Shown here: piece by piece, positions 1 through 9,244 of the stretch
How positions within the stretch are numbered: position 1 is the first letter of the stretch
Layout: every line of letters starts with the position of its first letter
Assembly: GCA_026004395.1 (NCBI GenBank)
Contig: BPJB01000001.1
Coordinates: 161,370-225,369 of the forward strand
Direction: 5' to 3'
Length of the DNA: 64,000 nucleotides
DNA from: Patescibacteria group bacterium
GTDB lineage: Bacteria; Patescibacteriota; Microgenomatia; Levybacterales; UBA12049
Notes under the pieces: generated by a model
Told to the model about the DNA's origin: nothing
Databases searched by the model: none
The model's input: the letters and a program-made list of their open reading frames with translations, nothing else
Program-made: the position numbers and the translations under genes

Positions 1-1218
1 AAGATGTCCTGGCCCTAAAAATTGAAAGGGTATATGCAATCTTTCCAGCGCACGTTGAAAAGGCAATGAATGATCATTTGCTCTAACTAAGATAGCAAAG
101 TCGCTATAGGGTCTGTTATTCTTTTTGACCTCTTCGCGAATTCTTTTGGCCACTTCCTCTGCCTCATCTTCAGCACGATGAGCAAGGATAAATTCAACTC
201 CTTCTCCCTGTACTCCTCTCATCGATATAAGTTTCTTATTTATCCCTTCTTTTACTTCAAGTCTATCAGGGTTATTAAATTGGATCAGTCGATATGCACT
301 ATCAAGAATCGCTTGTGTTGAGCGGTAATTTTTCGTGAGGGTGATAATAGTAGCTTTGGGAAAATGGGATCTAAACTGCATCATATTGGCTATTGCTGCT
401 CCCCGCCACCTATAAATACTTTGATCATCATCTCCGACGACAGTGATATTTTGGTCATCAGCAGCAAGTAAGATTGCCAGTTCATTTTGAGCGTAATTTG
501 TATCTTGGAATTCGTCAACTAGAATATACTTAAACTGTCGTTGATATTGATTGAGGATGTTTTTTCTTGTTCTGAAGAGTTTAAGAGTATTGCTAATTAG
601 GTCTGAGAAGTCCATCACACCATTTTTGGCTTTAAGTTCTTCATACTTTGCAAAAGCATGAGCCAGCTCATTTATTTTTTTTATTTCATCTTGCTCTACT
701 TTTTGTTCTGAGATTTTTTGGGCATAGAGCAAATATTGCTCAGGAGAGATATCATCGTCTTTTAGACGACTGAAGTGTTGTAGCATGCCTTGGAGAAATT
801 TAGTAGGGTTTCCCAAAGGTCTAAAATAATCAAGATCAAGCTCAAAAAGATGCTTGCGAAGAAAAAGAAGTGCTTCTGCTTCTGTCATTAACTCAAATGC
901 TGGAGAGAGTCCTATATGTATTGCTTCTTGACGTAAAACGCGATCACAAAATGCATGAAAAGTTTCAATCCACATAGTTGTGTATCCATAAGGAAGCACT
1001 TGATCTATACGTGTCTCCATTTCTTGTGCTGCTTTTTCTGTAAATGTGAGCGCTAGAATAGAAGAGGGAGGGATATTCCTTTCTAGAATTAAGTGTTCAA
1101 TGCGTTTTGTAATAACTGTTGTTTTACCTGTTCCAGCTCCTGCAATAATCAGTAGAGGTCCTTTGTTGTGAGTAATTGCAGCGATTTGTTCTTCGTTAAG
1201 ATTTGAAATATCAGGCAT
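1..1218 (-). CDS. UvrD/PcrA-family ATP-dependent DNA helicase, 5' end (N-terminus) of gene; continues beyond window start
   Basis: Reverse translation from ATG (rc of 1216-1218) gives MPDISNLNEEQIAAITHNKGPLLIIAGAGTGKTTVITKRIEHL... with Walker A GAGTGKT, later ...VDEFQDTN... and ...YRWRGA.... These are UvrD/Rep/PcrA motifs I/II/III. The ORF runs off the window edge, so it is missing from the ORF track. Confidence 0.85.
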   Translation of the reverse strand, partial: MPDISNLNEEQIAAITHNKGPLLIIAGAGTGKTTVITKRIEHLILERNIPPSSILALTFTEKAAQEMETRIDQVLPYGYTTMWIETFHAFCDRVLRQEAIHIGLSPAFELMTEAEALLFLRKHLFELDLDYFRPLGNPTKFLQGMLQHFSRLKDDDISPEQYLLYAQKISEQKVEQDEIKKINELAHAFAKYEELKAKNGVMDFSDLISNTLKLFRTRKNILNQYQRQFKYILVDEFQDTNYAQNELAILLAADDQNITVVGDDDQSIYRWRGAAIANMMQFRSHFPKATIITLTKNYRSTQAILDSAYRLIQFNNPDRLEVKEGINKKLISMRGVQGEGVEFILAHRAEDEAEEVAKRIREEVKKNNRPYSDFAILVRANDHSLPFQRALERLHIPFQFLGPGHL

Positions 1219-1314
1219 GCGAATTATTCTACCATATAGTGATCCTTGTAAAACAGGGGAAAAATAATTTCTATATATTTAAGATCATTAATATAATTTG
1301 CTAATATAGATTAT

Positions 1315-2055
1315 ATGGCATCGCTTCCACATGAATTTAGTCTGCCATTTTGGAAAAAAGAGCAGGTTGCTGATCAGACGTATTCATTTTATTTTCTCAG
1401 AACTGAAAAAATAGATTTTAAGCCGGGTCAATATATTAAAATGACTTTAGATCTTACAGAAGAAGATCCACGGGGAAACTCTCGTTTTTTCTCTCTTTGT
1501 TCTTCTCCACTTGAAGAAGAGTTGATTATGATCACAACCAAAATTGCAGATGTTCCAAGCCCATTTAAAAAAAAATTATTATCTCTTACTCCCAATGAAT
1601 CAGTAAAATTTTTTGGTCCTGCTGGTGTATTTGTGCTTCCTGAACAAAGTGCAAGACCTGTTATTCTTCTTGCTGGAGGGATTGGGATTACGCCATTTCA
1701 TAGCATGATACTTTATGCATCAGTCAAAAAGTGTAATTTCTTCATTACACTTATAGCATCATTTAGTACTGTTGAAGAAGCGGTTTTTTATCAGGAATTG
1801 CAAGATGCTGCCGCTTTACAAGATAATCTTAAAGTAATTTATACTATCTCTCATCCTGAGAGATCACAGCAGAAATGGGATGGTGCAAAAGGCAGAATAT
1901 CTGAGGAAATGATAAGAAAATATGTTGCCCATCCGAAAGAGGCTCTTTTTTATATTTGCGGTCCTATGAAGATGGTTGATTCAATGCTAGAGCTTATCAA
2001 AGGTATGGGAGTTCCTCAGGGACAGATCAAAAAAGAAAATTTTACAGGGTATTAA
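1315..2055 (+). CDS. FAD/NAD(P)-binding oxidoreductase (ferredoxin-NADP reductase-like electron-transfer subunit)
   Basis: RFFSLCSSP (RxYS-type FAD-binding motif) and LLAGGIGITPF (NAD(P)-binding glycine-rich motif). About 246 aa, typical of FNR-like modules. Confidence 0.6.
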   Translation: MASLPHEFSLPFWKKEQVADQTYSFYFLRTEKIDFKPGQYIKMTLDLTEEDPRGNSRFFSLCSSPLEEELIMITTKIADVPSPFKKKLLSLTPNESVKFFGPAGVFVLPEQSARPVILLAGGIGITPFHSMILYASVKKCNFFITLIASFSTVEEAVFYQELQDAAALQDNLKVIYTISHPERSQQKWDGAKGRISEEMIRKYVAHPKEALFYICGPMKMVDSMLELIKGMGVPQGQIKKENFTGY

Positions 2056-2083
2056 TTTCTTACAAATCTCTTTCTAAAAGAGA

Positions 2084-3067
2084 TTAGGAATTAGGATCAT
2101 CATAAAATGGGCGAAGCCCCTTTGCTCGGGAAGGATGACGCAATTTTCTAAGAGCGTGTGCTAAAGTGATTCTTACAACTTCTTGATTTAATCCTAATTC
2201 TTTGGCTATCTGTTTCTCATTCATTTCTTTCGTATATTCTCCTAATCCATATCTCATTTCTAATACTTTTTTTTCTCTTGGAGTAAGTGTATTAAGAGTA
2301 TCTTTGATTGTTGTATCCAATTCGACTTCATCATAAATTTGAGCTGGATCAGATTGCTTATCTGAAGTAATTTCATCTACATTTCTTTCTTTTGGAATTA
2401 AAGTATCCGTAAAGGATTGAGAAGATGTTATTCTACTACCTAGGGATAAATATTGTGTACCTTTGTAGCGTTTTATAATGGTTGCAAATGTATCGAAGTT
2501 TAGTAGTGGTGGATCAGAATAACTCTTTTTAAGATGCTCTGTAATTGCCTGATAAAGTTCTTCTACTGTTGGTTCTTTCTGTAATTTTTGTTTGAGAGTC
2601 TCTGAGAATCTATTAATTAAAGGTAAATAGAGTTTTACAGTGCTTTTACGATGAAAAGGCGTAGATAGATCTTCAGTCATTTTTGGGCTTTGCAATACCT
2701 CTGCTAAGCTATCTCCGACATAAGTAGAAAATTTAGCAGGTTCTCCTGTTTTTTCCGATATTTGATTGGGATCAAAATTGTCTATACAACTTCTTATTAT
2801 AATAAATGCCTCACTAATCAGATCTGAGGGTGGTATATTTTTAGGAGCATATTGTCCTATAAAATAGGGGATCATTCTCATTGTTGAAGCGTAAATTTCA
2901 GAATAAGCACGTGTTTTGTCATCAAAGGAAGAAGAAGGATTGCGAATTGTAGCAATTCTCTTACTTATTTCTTCATCAGATAAAATTGGCAGTTCAGTAT
3001 TTCTAAGATCCCTGATAAATAGTGTATAGTGATCCTCTTGTATGTTGTTATCCCTTTGTTCAGCCAT
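2084..3067 (-). CDS. rpoD: RNA polymerase sigma-70 family factor (group 1-like region 4.2, highly divergent region 2)
   Basis: C-terminus LTPREKKVLEMRYGLGEYTKEMNEKQIAKELGLNQEVVRITLAHALRKLRHPSRAKGLRPF matches RpoD/SigA region 4.2 almost residue-for-residue. Region 2 landmarks DLISE and KFSTY are present but diverged. The rpoD symbol is inferred. Confidence 0.7.
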   Translation of the reverse strand: MAEQRDNNIQEDHYTLFIRDLRNTELPILSDEEISKRIATIRNPSSSFDDKTRAYSEIYASTMRMIPYFIGQYAPKNIPPSDLISEAFIIIRSCIDNFDPNQISEKTGEPAKFSTYVGDSLAEVLQSPKMTEDLSTPFHRKSTVKLYLPLINRFSETLKQKLQKEPTVEELYQAITEHLKKSYSDPPLLNFDTFATIIKRYKGTQYLSLGSRITSSQSFTDTLIPKERNVDEITSDKQSDPAQIYDEVELDTTIKDTLNTLTPREKKVLEMRYGLGEYTKEMNEKQIAKELGLNQEVVRITLAHALRKLRHPSRAKGLRPFYDDPNS

Positions 3068-3141
3068 ATTAAAAATATTTTCTATTTTTTTGAAAGAATC
3101 AATCTTTTAGCACATTGTTTTACAATAGTAATCTTTAAATT

Positions 3142-4182
3142 CTAAGAGTCCTCGAGTACTTTTCCCTCTAAAATCTTAGTTGCTGTTAGTTTGTTCCCCA
3201 TTTGAGAGATACCCATTGATACATTAGTAAATTGTGCAGATGCATTGTTCAGATGTCTGCCAAGAATTGTCAGGTTTTCTTGAACTTTGCCATATTCGAT
3301 CTCAAGTGAACGGAGTAGCTTGAATACTTCTTTTGATCGAGATTCGATTTTTTTGCCCTCAAATGATAGAAGAATAGTCTGAAGATGAACATAAAGTGTG
3401 CTCGGTGATACAAGATATACTCTTGATCTTCTGGCATAATCTAAAATGTCATTCAGATTGCAGATCTCATAAAAAACTGCTTCACTGGGTATATACATCA
3501 GAGCAAAATCCATAGTTCCCTCATCTGGTAAAATATATTTTTTGGCAATATTGTCAATGTGTTTTTTGACATCACGTATAAATTCTTTTTTCAAAACCTC
3601 CTTTTGTGATTCCTCATTGTTTTTAACCATTCGCTGAAAACTTTCCATCGGGAATTTTGAGTCTATGGGGAGAATACCACCATCGGTTTTTATTGCGGCA
3701 TCAACTTTTTCTCCTGATTTAAATTGATACTGAAGATAAAAGCTATTTTGGGGAAATATTTGAGATAGAAGATCTTTAAGAATCTCTTCACCTATATTCC
3801 CTCTTAATTTGGGACTTTTCAAAAATTCTTGAAGCTCCTTCATGCTTCTGCCAATTTCACTCATTTGTCCTACTTCTATTCCAACTGTTTTTATTACTTG
3901 CGCAGCTTTATCTAATCTTTCATTGAGTTGTTTGGAATTTTCTTGAAGCGTTTGTACCATGAGATCCGTGTTTGATGAAAGCATTTGGTTAATCGTTTTA
4001 TTAGTCGTCTCCAGTGAAGTTTGCATTGTTTTTAGCCATTCTATAATAGCTCTCTCTGATGATTGATTTTTAAACTCTGCAATTTTTCGGTTGAGAAGAA
4101 AAATAATAATTCCAAATCCAATTACAAGAACAGAGAGCAATAGGATAAGATTTGCTTCCATAGCTTGGTGTAAGTATATCAC
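3142..4182 (-). CDS. rmuC: DNA recombination protein RmuC
   Basis: N-terminal TM helix, long coiled-coil, then a C-terminal RmuC-type domain (…DFALMYIPSEAVFYEI…YLVSPSTLYVHLQTI…). Confidence 0.7.
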   Translation of the reverse strand: MIYLHQAMEANLILLLSVLVIGFGIIIFLLNRKIAEFKNQSSERAIIEWLKTMQTSLETTNKTINQMLSSNTDLMVQTLQENSKQLNERLDKAAQVIKTVGIEVGQMSEIGRSMKELQEFLKSPKLRGNIGEEILKDLLSQIFPQNSFYLQYQFKSGEKVDAAIKTDGGILPIDSKFPMESFQRMVKNNEESQKEVLKKEFIRDVKKHIDNIAKKYILPDEGTMDFALMYIPSEAVFYEICNLNDILDYARRSRVYLVSPSTLYVHLQTILLSFEGKKIESRSKEVFKLLRSLEIEYGKVQENLTILGRHLNNASAQFTNVSMGISQMGNKLTATKILEGKVLEDS

Positions 4183-4209
4183 AGAAACGCAACAGTTTTG
4201 AGGATGAGA

Positions 4210-5262
4210 TTAGTAATATAATTCTGGGTCAACTGATAGACTTTTCCAAGAGGATCGAAAAGGTGTGAAAACAGCTGCTGCTGCAATCATCGCTCCATTA
4301 TCTGTGCAGAATTCCTTTGGTGGTATAAAAAGATCGGTCTTTTGTAGATTTTCTTTCACTGCCATTTGTAGATCTTCTTTAAGTTTTTTGTTGGCGGCAA
4401 CGCCTCCTCCAAGAAGAATGGATCTAACTCGATATTTTTTGGCTGCTTTAAGTGTTTTTATTACTACGACATCAATAATTGCTTGTTGAACAGAAGCGCA
4501 TAAATCATAAAGAATTTGTTTGTTGTTGGATACAAACTTGGGATCGTGAAATTCCCACTTGTTCTTTTTAACTAAATTGAGTACTGCAGTTTTAAGTCCA
4601 CTAAAACTAAAATCAAAATCATGAGATCTAATCATAGGACGAGGAAGATCAAATGCATGAGCGTTACCTTTTTCTGCAAGATGAGAAATTGCAGGTCCTG
4701 CAGGATACGGCAGATTAAGAAGTCTTCCAATCTTATCAAACGCTTCTCCTGCTGCATCATCCCTTGTTCCACCAATCACAGTGATATCATTGTGCTGTCT
4801 AAGATAGACTAAGTCAGTATGACCTCCTGATATTACCAGAGCAATGGCAGGTAGGTAGATATTAGAGTACTGTAACCAATTTGCATAAATATGTCCATAG
4901 AGATGGTTGATAGGAATTAATTCTTTATTCCAAACAAGAGAGAGTGTTTTAGCTGTTTCAACGCCAACTAGAAGCGATCCTATAAGTCCTGGACCATAGG
5001 TTACAGCGATAGCATCCAAAGGAGGTGGTTTAGGGCTACCAAGATCATAGGAAAGTCCTTTTTTTAAGGCTTCTTTAATAACGGGAATAATATAGCGTAA
5101 TTGTTCACGAGCTGCCACCTCTGGTATAATCCCTCCTGTTGTCGAGTGAAGCGCTATTGAAGAAGATAGACTATTTGCCAGTAGAGTGAGCCGATTATTG
5201 GAAGTGCTTAATACTGCTGCTCCTGTTTCATCGCATGATGTTTCAATCCCGAGAATAGTCAT
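4210..5262 (-). CDS. tsaD: tRNA N6-adenosine threonylcarbamoyltransferase TsaD (Kae1/YgjD family)
   Basis: MTILGIETSCDETGAAVL… N-terminus and …GGVAANKKL…CTDNGAMIA… are typical of TsaD. Confidence 0.9.
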   Translation of the reverse strand: MTILGIETSCDETGAAVLSTSNNRLTLLANSLSSSIALHSTTGGIIPEVAAREQLRYIIPVIKEALKKGLSYDLGSPKPPPLDAIAVTYGPGLIGSLLVGVETAKTLSLVWNKELIPINHLYGHIYANWLQYSNIYLPAIALVISGGHTDLVYLRQHNDITVIGGTRDDAAGEAFDKIGRLLNLPYPAGPAISHLAEKGNAHAFDLPRPMIRSHDFDFSFSGLKTAVLNLVKKNKWEFHDPKFVSNNKQILYDLCASVQQAIIDVVVIKTLKAAKKYRVRSILLGGGVAANKKLKEDLQMAVKENLQKTDLFIPPKEFCTDNGAMIAAAAVFTPFRSSWKSLSVDPELYY

Positions 5263-5756
5263 AGAGAGATTTTGATTGTTTCACCTTCAGAAAGTCCTAG
5301 TTTTTCTACAGTTCCCGCTTTGAGTTCAAGAACCCTGTTTGCAGGTTGAGTAGGTGAATAAGTAGCTAGCCGTTCATCTTTATTTTGAGGATAAGGTACA
5401 TTTTTATAGATTGTAACGATTGTTTCATTATTAAGGAAGATTATATCAATAGGAAATTTCATGTCCTTCATCCAAAATGCATAATATCCTGGTGTATCAA
5501 AAATAAAAATCATTCCCTCATTATCTTTGATAGATTTTCTTTTGGAGAGTCCTAATTGACGTTTTTGTTCAGAATCAGCAACTTCTAAAACAAATGTTGT
5601 GTCTCCAATTGTCGTTGTTATTTTTCTTGTAAATTGATTACTTTTTTGTGCAATGATAAAAACAATTATTGCTGCAACAGCTATTATAAAAATAATAAAT
5701 CCAACAAGATATTTATTCATATAATTTAATGCATCGCGTAGTTGAAAATTCCTCAA
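5259..5756 (-). CDS. DUF192 (COG1430) domain protein, N-terminal TM anchor
   Basis: …GLSKRKSIKDNEGMIFIFDTPGYYAFWMKDMKFPIDIIFL… matches the DUF192 core. The 4-nt ATGA overlap with tsaD suggests translational coupling. The true start may be an internal Met, since the ORF overlaps the upstream gene by 44 nt. Confidence 0.55.
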   Translation of the reverse strand: MRNFQLRDALNYMNKYLVGFIIFIIAVAAIIVFIIAQKSNQFTRKITTTIGDTTFVLEVADSEQKRQLGLSKRKSIKDNEGMIFIFDTPGYYAFWMKDMKFPIDIIFLNNETIVTIYKNVPYPQNKDERLATYSPTQPANRVLELKAGTVEKLGLSEGETIKISL

Positions 5757-6186
5757 TTCTATTGATTACTTCTTTTACTTTTGCTCCTATTTCTGCTGCT
5801 TGTCTATCTTTATGATAGCGATATGGATCACCTTTGGTAGTTGCGATTATAGCAGGTTTGAGAGATGTTACAAGGCTGTCATAATCTTCATCTGTGAGAA
5901 TTCCCTCAAGCAAAACGACAAAATCAACGTAGGGAAGTTTTGCAAGCTTTTGTGCACGTAGAGATTGTTGCTCCACTGGTCTATTCTTGCCTTTTTGGAT
6001 CTTGATGGCAATATCGCTTTCAAGCATGACGATGAGTATATCTCCTTCTTCCTTTGCTTTTTTCAGAAAAGATTTATGCCCTTCATGAAGCAGATCAAAA
6101 CAGCCCCCTGCCAAGACAAGAATTTTTCCTTCTTTAATTAGTTTTTGAGTTATAAATTTAGCCTTGTTTGCTGTTGTAATTTTCAT
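5713..6186 (-). CDS. Cytidylyltransferase-like nucleotidyltransferase (HxGH family; RfaE domain II / glycerol-3-phosphate cytidylyltransferase-like)
   Basis: LVLAGGCFDLLHEGHKSFL contains the (T/H)xGH nucleotidyltransferase signature. Size is about 157 aa. Confidence 0.6.
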   Translation of the reverse strand: MKITTANKAKFITQKLIKEGKILVLAGGCFDLLHEGHKSFLKKAKEEGDILIVMLESDIAIKIQKGKNRPVEQQSLRAQKLAKLPYVDFVVLLEGILTDEDYDSLVTSLKPAIIATTKGDPYRYHKDRQAAEIGAKVKEVINRIEEFSTTRCIKLYE

Positions 6187-6238
6187 ATCTAAGTTTTTAA
6201 AAATATTTTTTTTGATTAAATCAAGAATAAATTAAGAT

Positions 6239-7669
6239 TTAACCTTCTTTTGTGCCTCTAAGATATACAGCCTGCCAAGGACGGTAATGTGAGGTAAATT
6301 TTTCATCTATGATAATTTTCCCATTTCTTCTTACTTGTCTGGTAAAGTAGACCACAGCACCCGCTGCTGCCCAATCTATTTGTTTGATTACTCCTTTTGG
6401 CAAGGTGGGATCATCTTGATAAAGTGGTTCGGGGGCTGGAGATTGAGAAACAATTACAGGTTTTCCAATAAATACCTCTCTTCCGTCTTTTGTTCCATAA
6501 AGTTCAAAAGTAAGTTCATATTGATCAGGATTAACATGTGCTTGAAGGAGAATGTAGTTTTCTGTATCATTTTTGAATTTTAAATCAAGCGTTGGAGTGT
6601 AAATTGCTGCATCAATACCTGGTCCTGAATCTTGTTCATAATAACTGACTCTATAGGCGTGTTGATTTCTTTCAATAACAGGTAGTCCGGCATTAAGAAT
6701 TGCTCTAAAGAGTGTGGTTGAGACTTGACACACTCCACCACCGTCACCAAGAACAGTTCTACCATTTTGAATGACATATGCTTGTTTGTATCCTGTAAAG
6801 ACAGAGACATCACCGAGTGCTTTATTAAACGAAAAGACTTCTCCTGGTTTTATAAGTATGCCATTAAGGCGGGTTGCGGCAAGTGTTATATTGTAGATTC
6901 TATTGGCTATAGATCCCGCAAAATGAGATCTCCCTTCACCAATCTTTTCAACTATTCCTAAATTATTAGCTTCTTCGTTTGTCACTTCGGGTTTTATGGT
7001 AATAATAGGAACAGAAATTATTAACGTTTCCTTGGTGGATGATGTAACTTCTCGTACTAGTATTTCTTTTAGTTTGGCTACATCTACTTTTTTTCCATCT
7101 TTTGCCGTTTGGAATTCAGTTACACGGCCGTTTTCAAAGATAAATCGAGCATTAATTGGATCTGAGTCTATTATTTTTTGAAACTGATTGATAAAGGATG
7201 AAACTTCTTTTTCATTAAAATGGTATGCAGGTTCAAGATTGATGCCATTGATATATGACTGCAAGATAAGAGATAAGTTGGAAAGGAGGTTTTCAGACCG
7301 TCCTATTGCAAACGCCTGTTCCGCAAGCAGGTCTTCATCATAGCCAATATTCAGTCTTTGAGCAGATGAGGTTGCTATTTTTTCATCGCTTTTTAAAGTA
7401 ATTATCTTATGATAAAAAACATTGTTCTTTTTGCGAAAAAACTCTTTGACTTCGTCTTTTGTCCTTCCATCCAAGCGTATATGATCAATTGCAATACCCG
7501 GATAGACTTTATCTTTATAGTTATACTGGTAATATATATAGAAAAAACTTAGAGAGAAGAATAGTCCGAGTATTACCCCTAAAAAAAACCACATGCATGA
7601 TCGAAGTATTAATAAAAAGTCTTTTTGGGTTGGGATATTAATATTTATGTTGGGAAAGATTTTTTTCAT
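6239..7669 (-). CDS. VanW family protein (membrane-anchored, PG-associated)
   Basis: N-terminal TM. …RIYNITLAATRLNGILIKPGEVFSFNKALGDVS…QAYVIQNGRTVLGDGGGVCQVSTTLFRAILNAGLPVIERNQHAYRVSYY… is the VanW domain core. The true start may be the internal Met (about 7594), because the 5' end overlaps the divergent neighbour. Confidence 0.75.
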   Translation of the reverse strand: MKKIFPNININIPTQKDFLLILRSCMWFFLGVILGLFFSLSFFYIYYQYNYKDKVYPGIAIDHIRLDGRTKDEVKEFFRKKNNVFYHKIITLKSDEKIATSSAQRLNIGYDEDLLAEQAFAIGRSENLLSNLSLILQSYINGINLEPAYHFNEKEVSSFINQFQKIIDSDPINARFIFENGRVTEFQTAKDGKKVDVAKLKEILVREVTSSTKETLIISVPIITIKPEVTNEEANNLGIVEKIGEGRSHFAGSIANRIYNITLAATRLNGILIKPGEVFSFNKALGDVSVFTGYKQAYVIQNGRTVLGDGGGVCQVSTTLFRAILNAGLPVIERNQHAYRVSYYEQDSGPGIDAAIYTPTLDLKFKNDTENYILLQAHVNPDQYELTFELYGTKDGREVFIGKPVIVSQSPAPEPLYQDDPTLPKGVIKQIDWAAAGAVVYFTRQVRRNGKIIIDEKFTSHYRPWQAVYLRGTKEG

Positions 7670-7723
7670 TTTAAAGAATTGCTATGGCTTATTACAGGTA
7701 TTATACTATACATACTCCTTTAT

Positions 7724-9244
7724 ATGGATGAAAATGTCGTTTTCAAACCCACAAATACTCCTTCTTCCCAACCGTCATCATCGGATATTCCTCAAACATC
7801 GCCTTCTTCAAGCAATCTAAATTCTCCTTTACAATCTCCGCAGATAAATAAAGAATCTTCTTCTACTCCTCCTTCACCTCCATCTCCTCCTTCACAAGCT
7901 TCATCTTTATCTGAATCTCCTTTACCTAAACCACCTGTTTCATCTCAAAGGAATGTTTTGGGATTACTTTTGAAAATAGGTATTGCTATTTTGGCAATTG
8001 CAATTATTGTAATTTTCATTTTTAAATTCATCGTGCCGCTTTTTGGTACATCAAAAGCAAATAAAGTAAATCTAATCTATTGGGGATTGTGGGAAGACAA
8101 AAATACTATGCAGAAAATTATTGATGATTTTCAGAGAGAGTATCCAAATATTACAGTTACCTACATTAAAAAAGATATTAGACAATACAGACAGAGTCTT
8201 GTTACCCAAATCTCCAATGGTACAGGTCCTGATATCTATAGGTATCATAATTCCTGGGTAGGGATGATGAAGTCGTATCTTTCCCCACTTTCTGCTGATG
8301 TTATTACACCTGACGAGTTTAAAAATTTATACTTTCCTGTTATTCAGAGAGATTTAACCCGGAATGGAGCTCTTTACGGAATACCTTTGATGATAGATAC
8401 ATTGTCTTTGTTTATTAACGAAGAGCTTTTTGAAGCAGGTGGAAATACAGTTCCGAGAACATGGGATGAGTTTGTACGCGTTGCCAAAAATCTTGTTGTT
8501 AAAGATAGCGAGGGAAATATACTTACTGCTGGTGCTGCTATGGGAACGTATGATAATATCACCCATGCGCCTGATATTATCGCTCTTTTGTTTGCGCAGA
8601 ATGGAACCAATTTTGACAATTTCCAAGCGACAAAAGTTAATGCTAGTCAAGCCCTGCAGTTTTATACAGCATTCGCAAAAGGAGAAGGAAGTGTCTGGAA
8701 CGATAGGCTCGATCCATCTGTTGTTGCTTTTGCTAAAGGAAATCTTGCTATGTATTTTGGTTACTCCTGGGATATTTTTACAATTCAATCTCTGAATAAA
8801 GACCTTAGATTTTCTGTCCATCCAGTACCGAATCTTCCAGGAAGAAAAATAACAATAGCCAGTTACTGGGTTGAGGGTGTTTCAGCAAAATCGAAACATC
8901 AAAAAGAAGCAATGTTATTTATGAAACATTTAGCAAAAAAAGATACTCTACAGAAACTTTATACAGAAATTGCTAAAACACGCTCTTTCGGTGAGTTATA
9001 TCCTCGTAAAGATCTGGCTGCAACATTGAAAAATAATAGACTGGTTTATCCTTTTCTAGCACAAGCAGAGTTTGCTATTTCTTCCTATTTTGCAAGTGAC
9101 ACTTACGATGAAGGAATTAATATGCAGATGAATAAGTATCTGGGAGATGCCGTAAGGAGTATTCAAACAAATAGTTCTGCTGAGTCTGCAACAGAAACCC
9201 TTGCCCAGGGTGTACAACAAATTATTAGTAAATATGGGCAATAA
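7724..9244 (+). CDS. ABC transporter extracellular solute-binding protein (family 1, sugar-type). S/P-rich low-complexity N-region followed by a TM/signal-anchor.
   Basis: …KVNLIYWGLWEDKNTMQKIIDDFQREYPNITVTYIKKD…YGIPLMIDTLSLFINEELFE… looks like an SBP_bac_1-like fold. The ORF track starts at 7625 and would overlap the divergent VanW start, so I used the internal Met MDENVV (7724). Start is uncertain. Confidence 0.6.
   Translation: MDENVVFKPTNTPSSQPSSSDIPQTSPSSSNLNSPLQSPQINKESSSTPPSPPSPPSQASSLSESPLPKPPVSSQRNVLGLLLKIGIAILAIAIIVIFIFKFIVPLFGTSKANKVNLIYWGLWEDKNTMQKIIDDFQREYPNITVTYIKKDIRQYRQSLVTQISNGTGPDIYRYHNSWVGMMKSYLSPLSADVITPDEFKNLYFPVIQRDLTRNGALYGIPLMIDTLSLFINEELFEAGGNTVPRTWDEFVRVAKNLVVKDSEGNILTAGAAMGTYDNITHAPDIIALLFAQNGTNFDNFQATKVNASQALQFYTAFAKGEGSVWNDRLDPSVVAFAKGNLAMYFGYSWDIFTIQSLNKDLRFSVHPVPNLPGRKITIASYWVEGVSAKSKHQKEAMLFMKHLAKKDTLQKLYTEIAKTRSFGELYPRKDLAATLKNNRLVYPFLAQAEFAISSYFASDTYDEGINMQMNKYLGDAVRSIQTNSSAESATETLAQGVQQIISKYGQ

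Noticed and set aside
4265-4489. Many short ORFs (60-160 aa) on the opposite strand or in alternate frames inside long, well-supported genes. Examples: 4265-4489 and 4621-4812 inside tsaD, 6335-7181 inside the VanW gene, 8354-8821 inside the SBP gene, 31123-34656 antisense in the giant gene, 35343-36969 within the Hsp100 gene, 52566-53622 inside ftsK, 57011-57845 inside the phosphorylase gene.
   Set aside because: They overlap conserved coding regions whose translations carry clear family motifs. Their own translations are low-complexity or Cys/Arg/Ser-rich with no recognisable features. This is typical of spurious antisense ORFs in AT-rich DNA.
7594-7724. An apparent 45-nt head-to-head overlap of divergently transcribed genes (VanW start 7669, SBP ORF-track start 7625).
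   Set aside because: The 5' ends of divergent genes should not overlap. The most likely explanation is over-extended start calls, so internal Met starts (about 7594 or 7669 for VanW, 7724 for the SBP) are more plausible. This is not a real feature.
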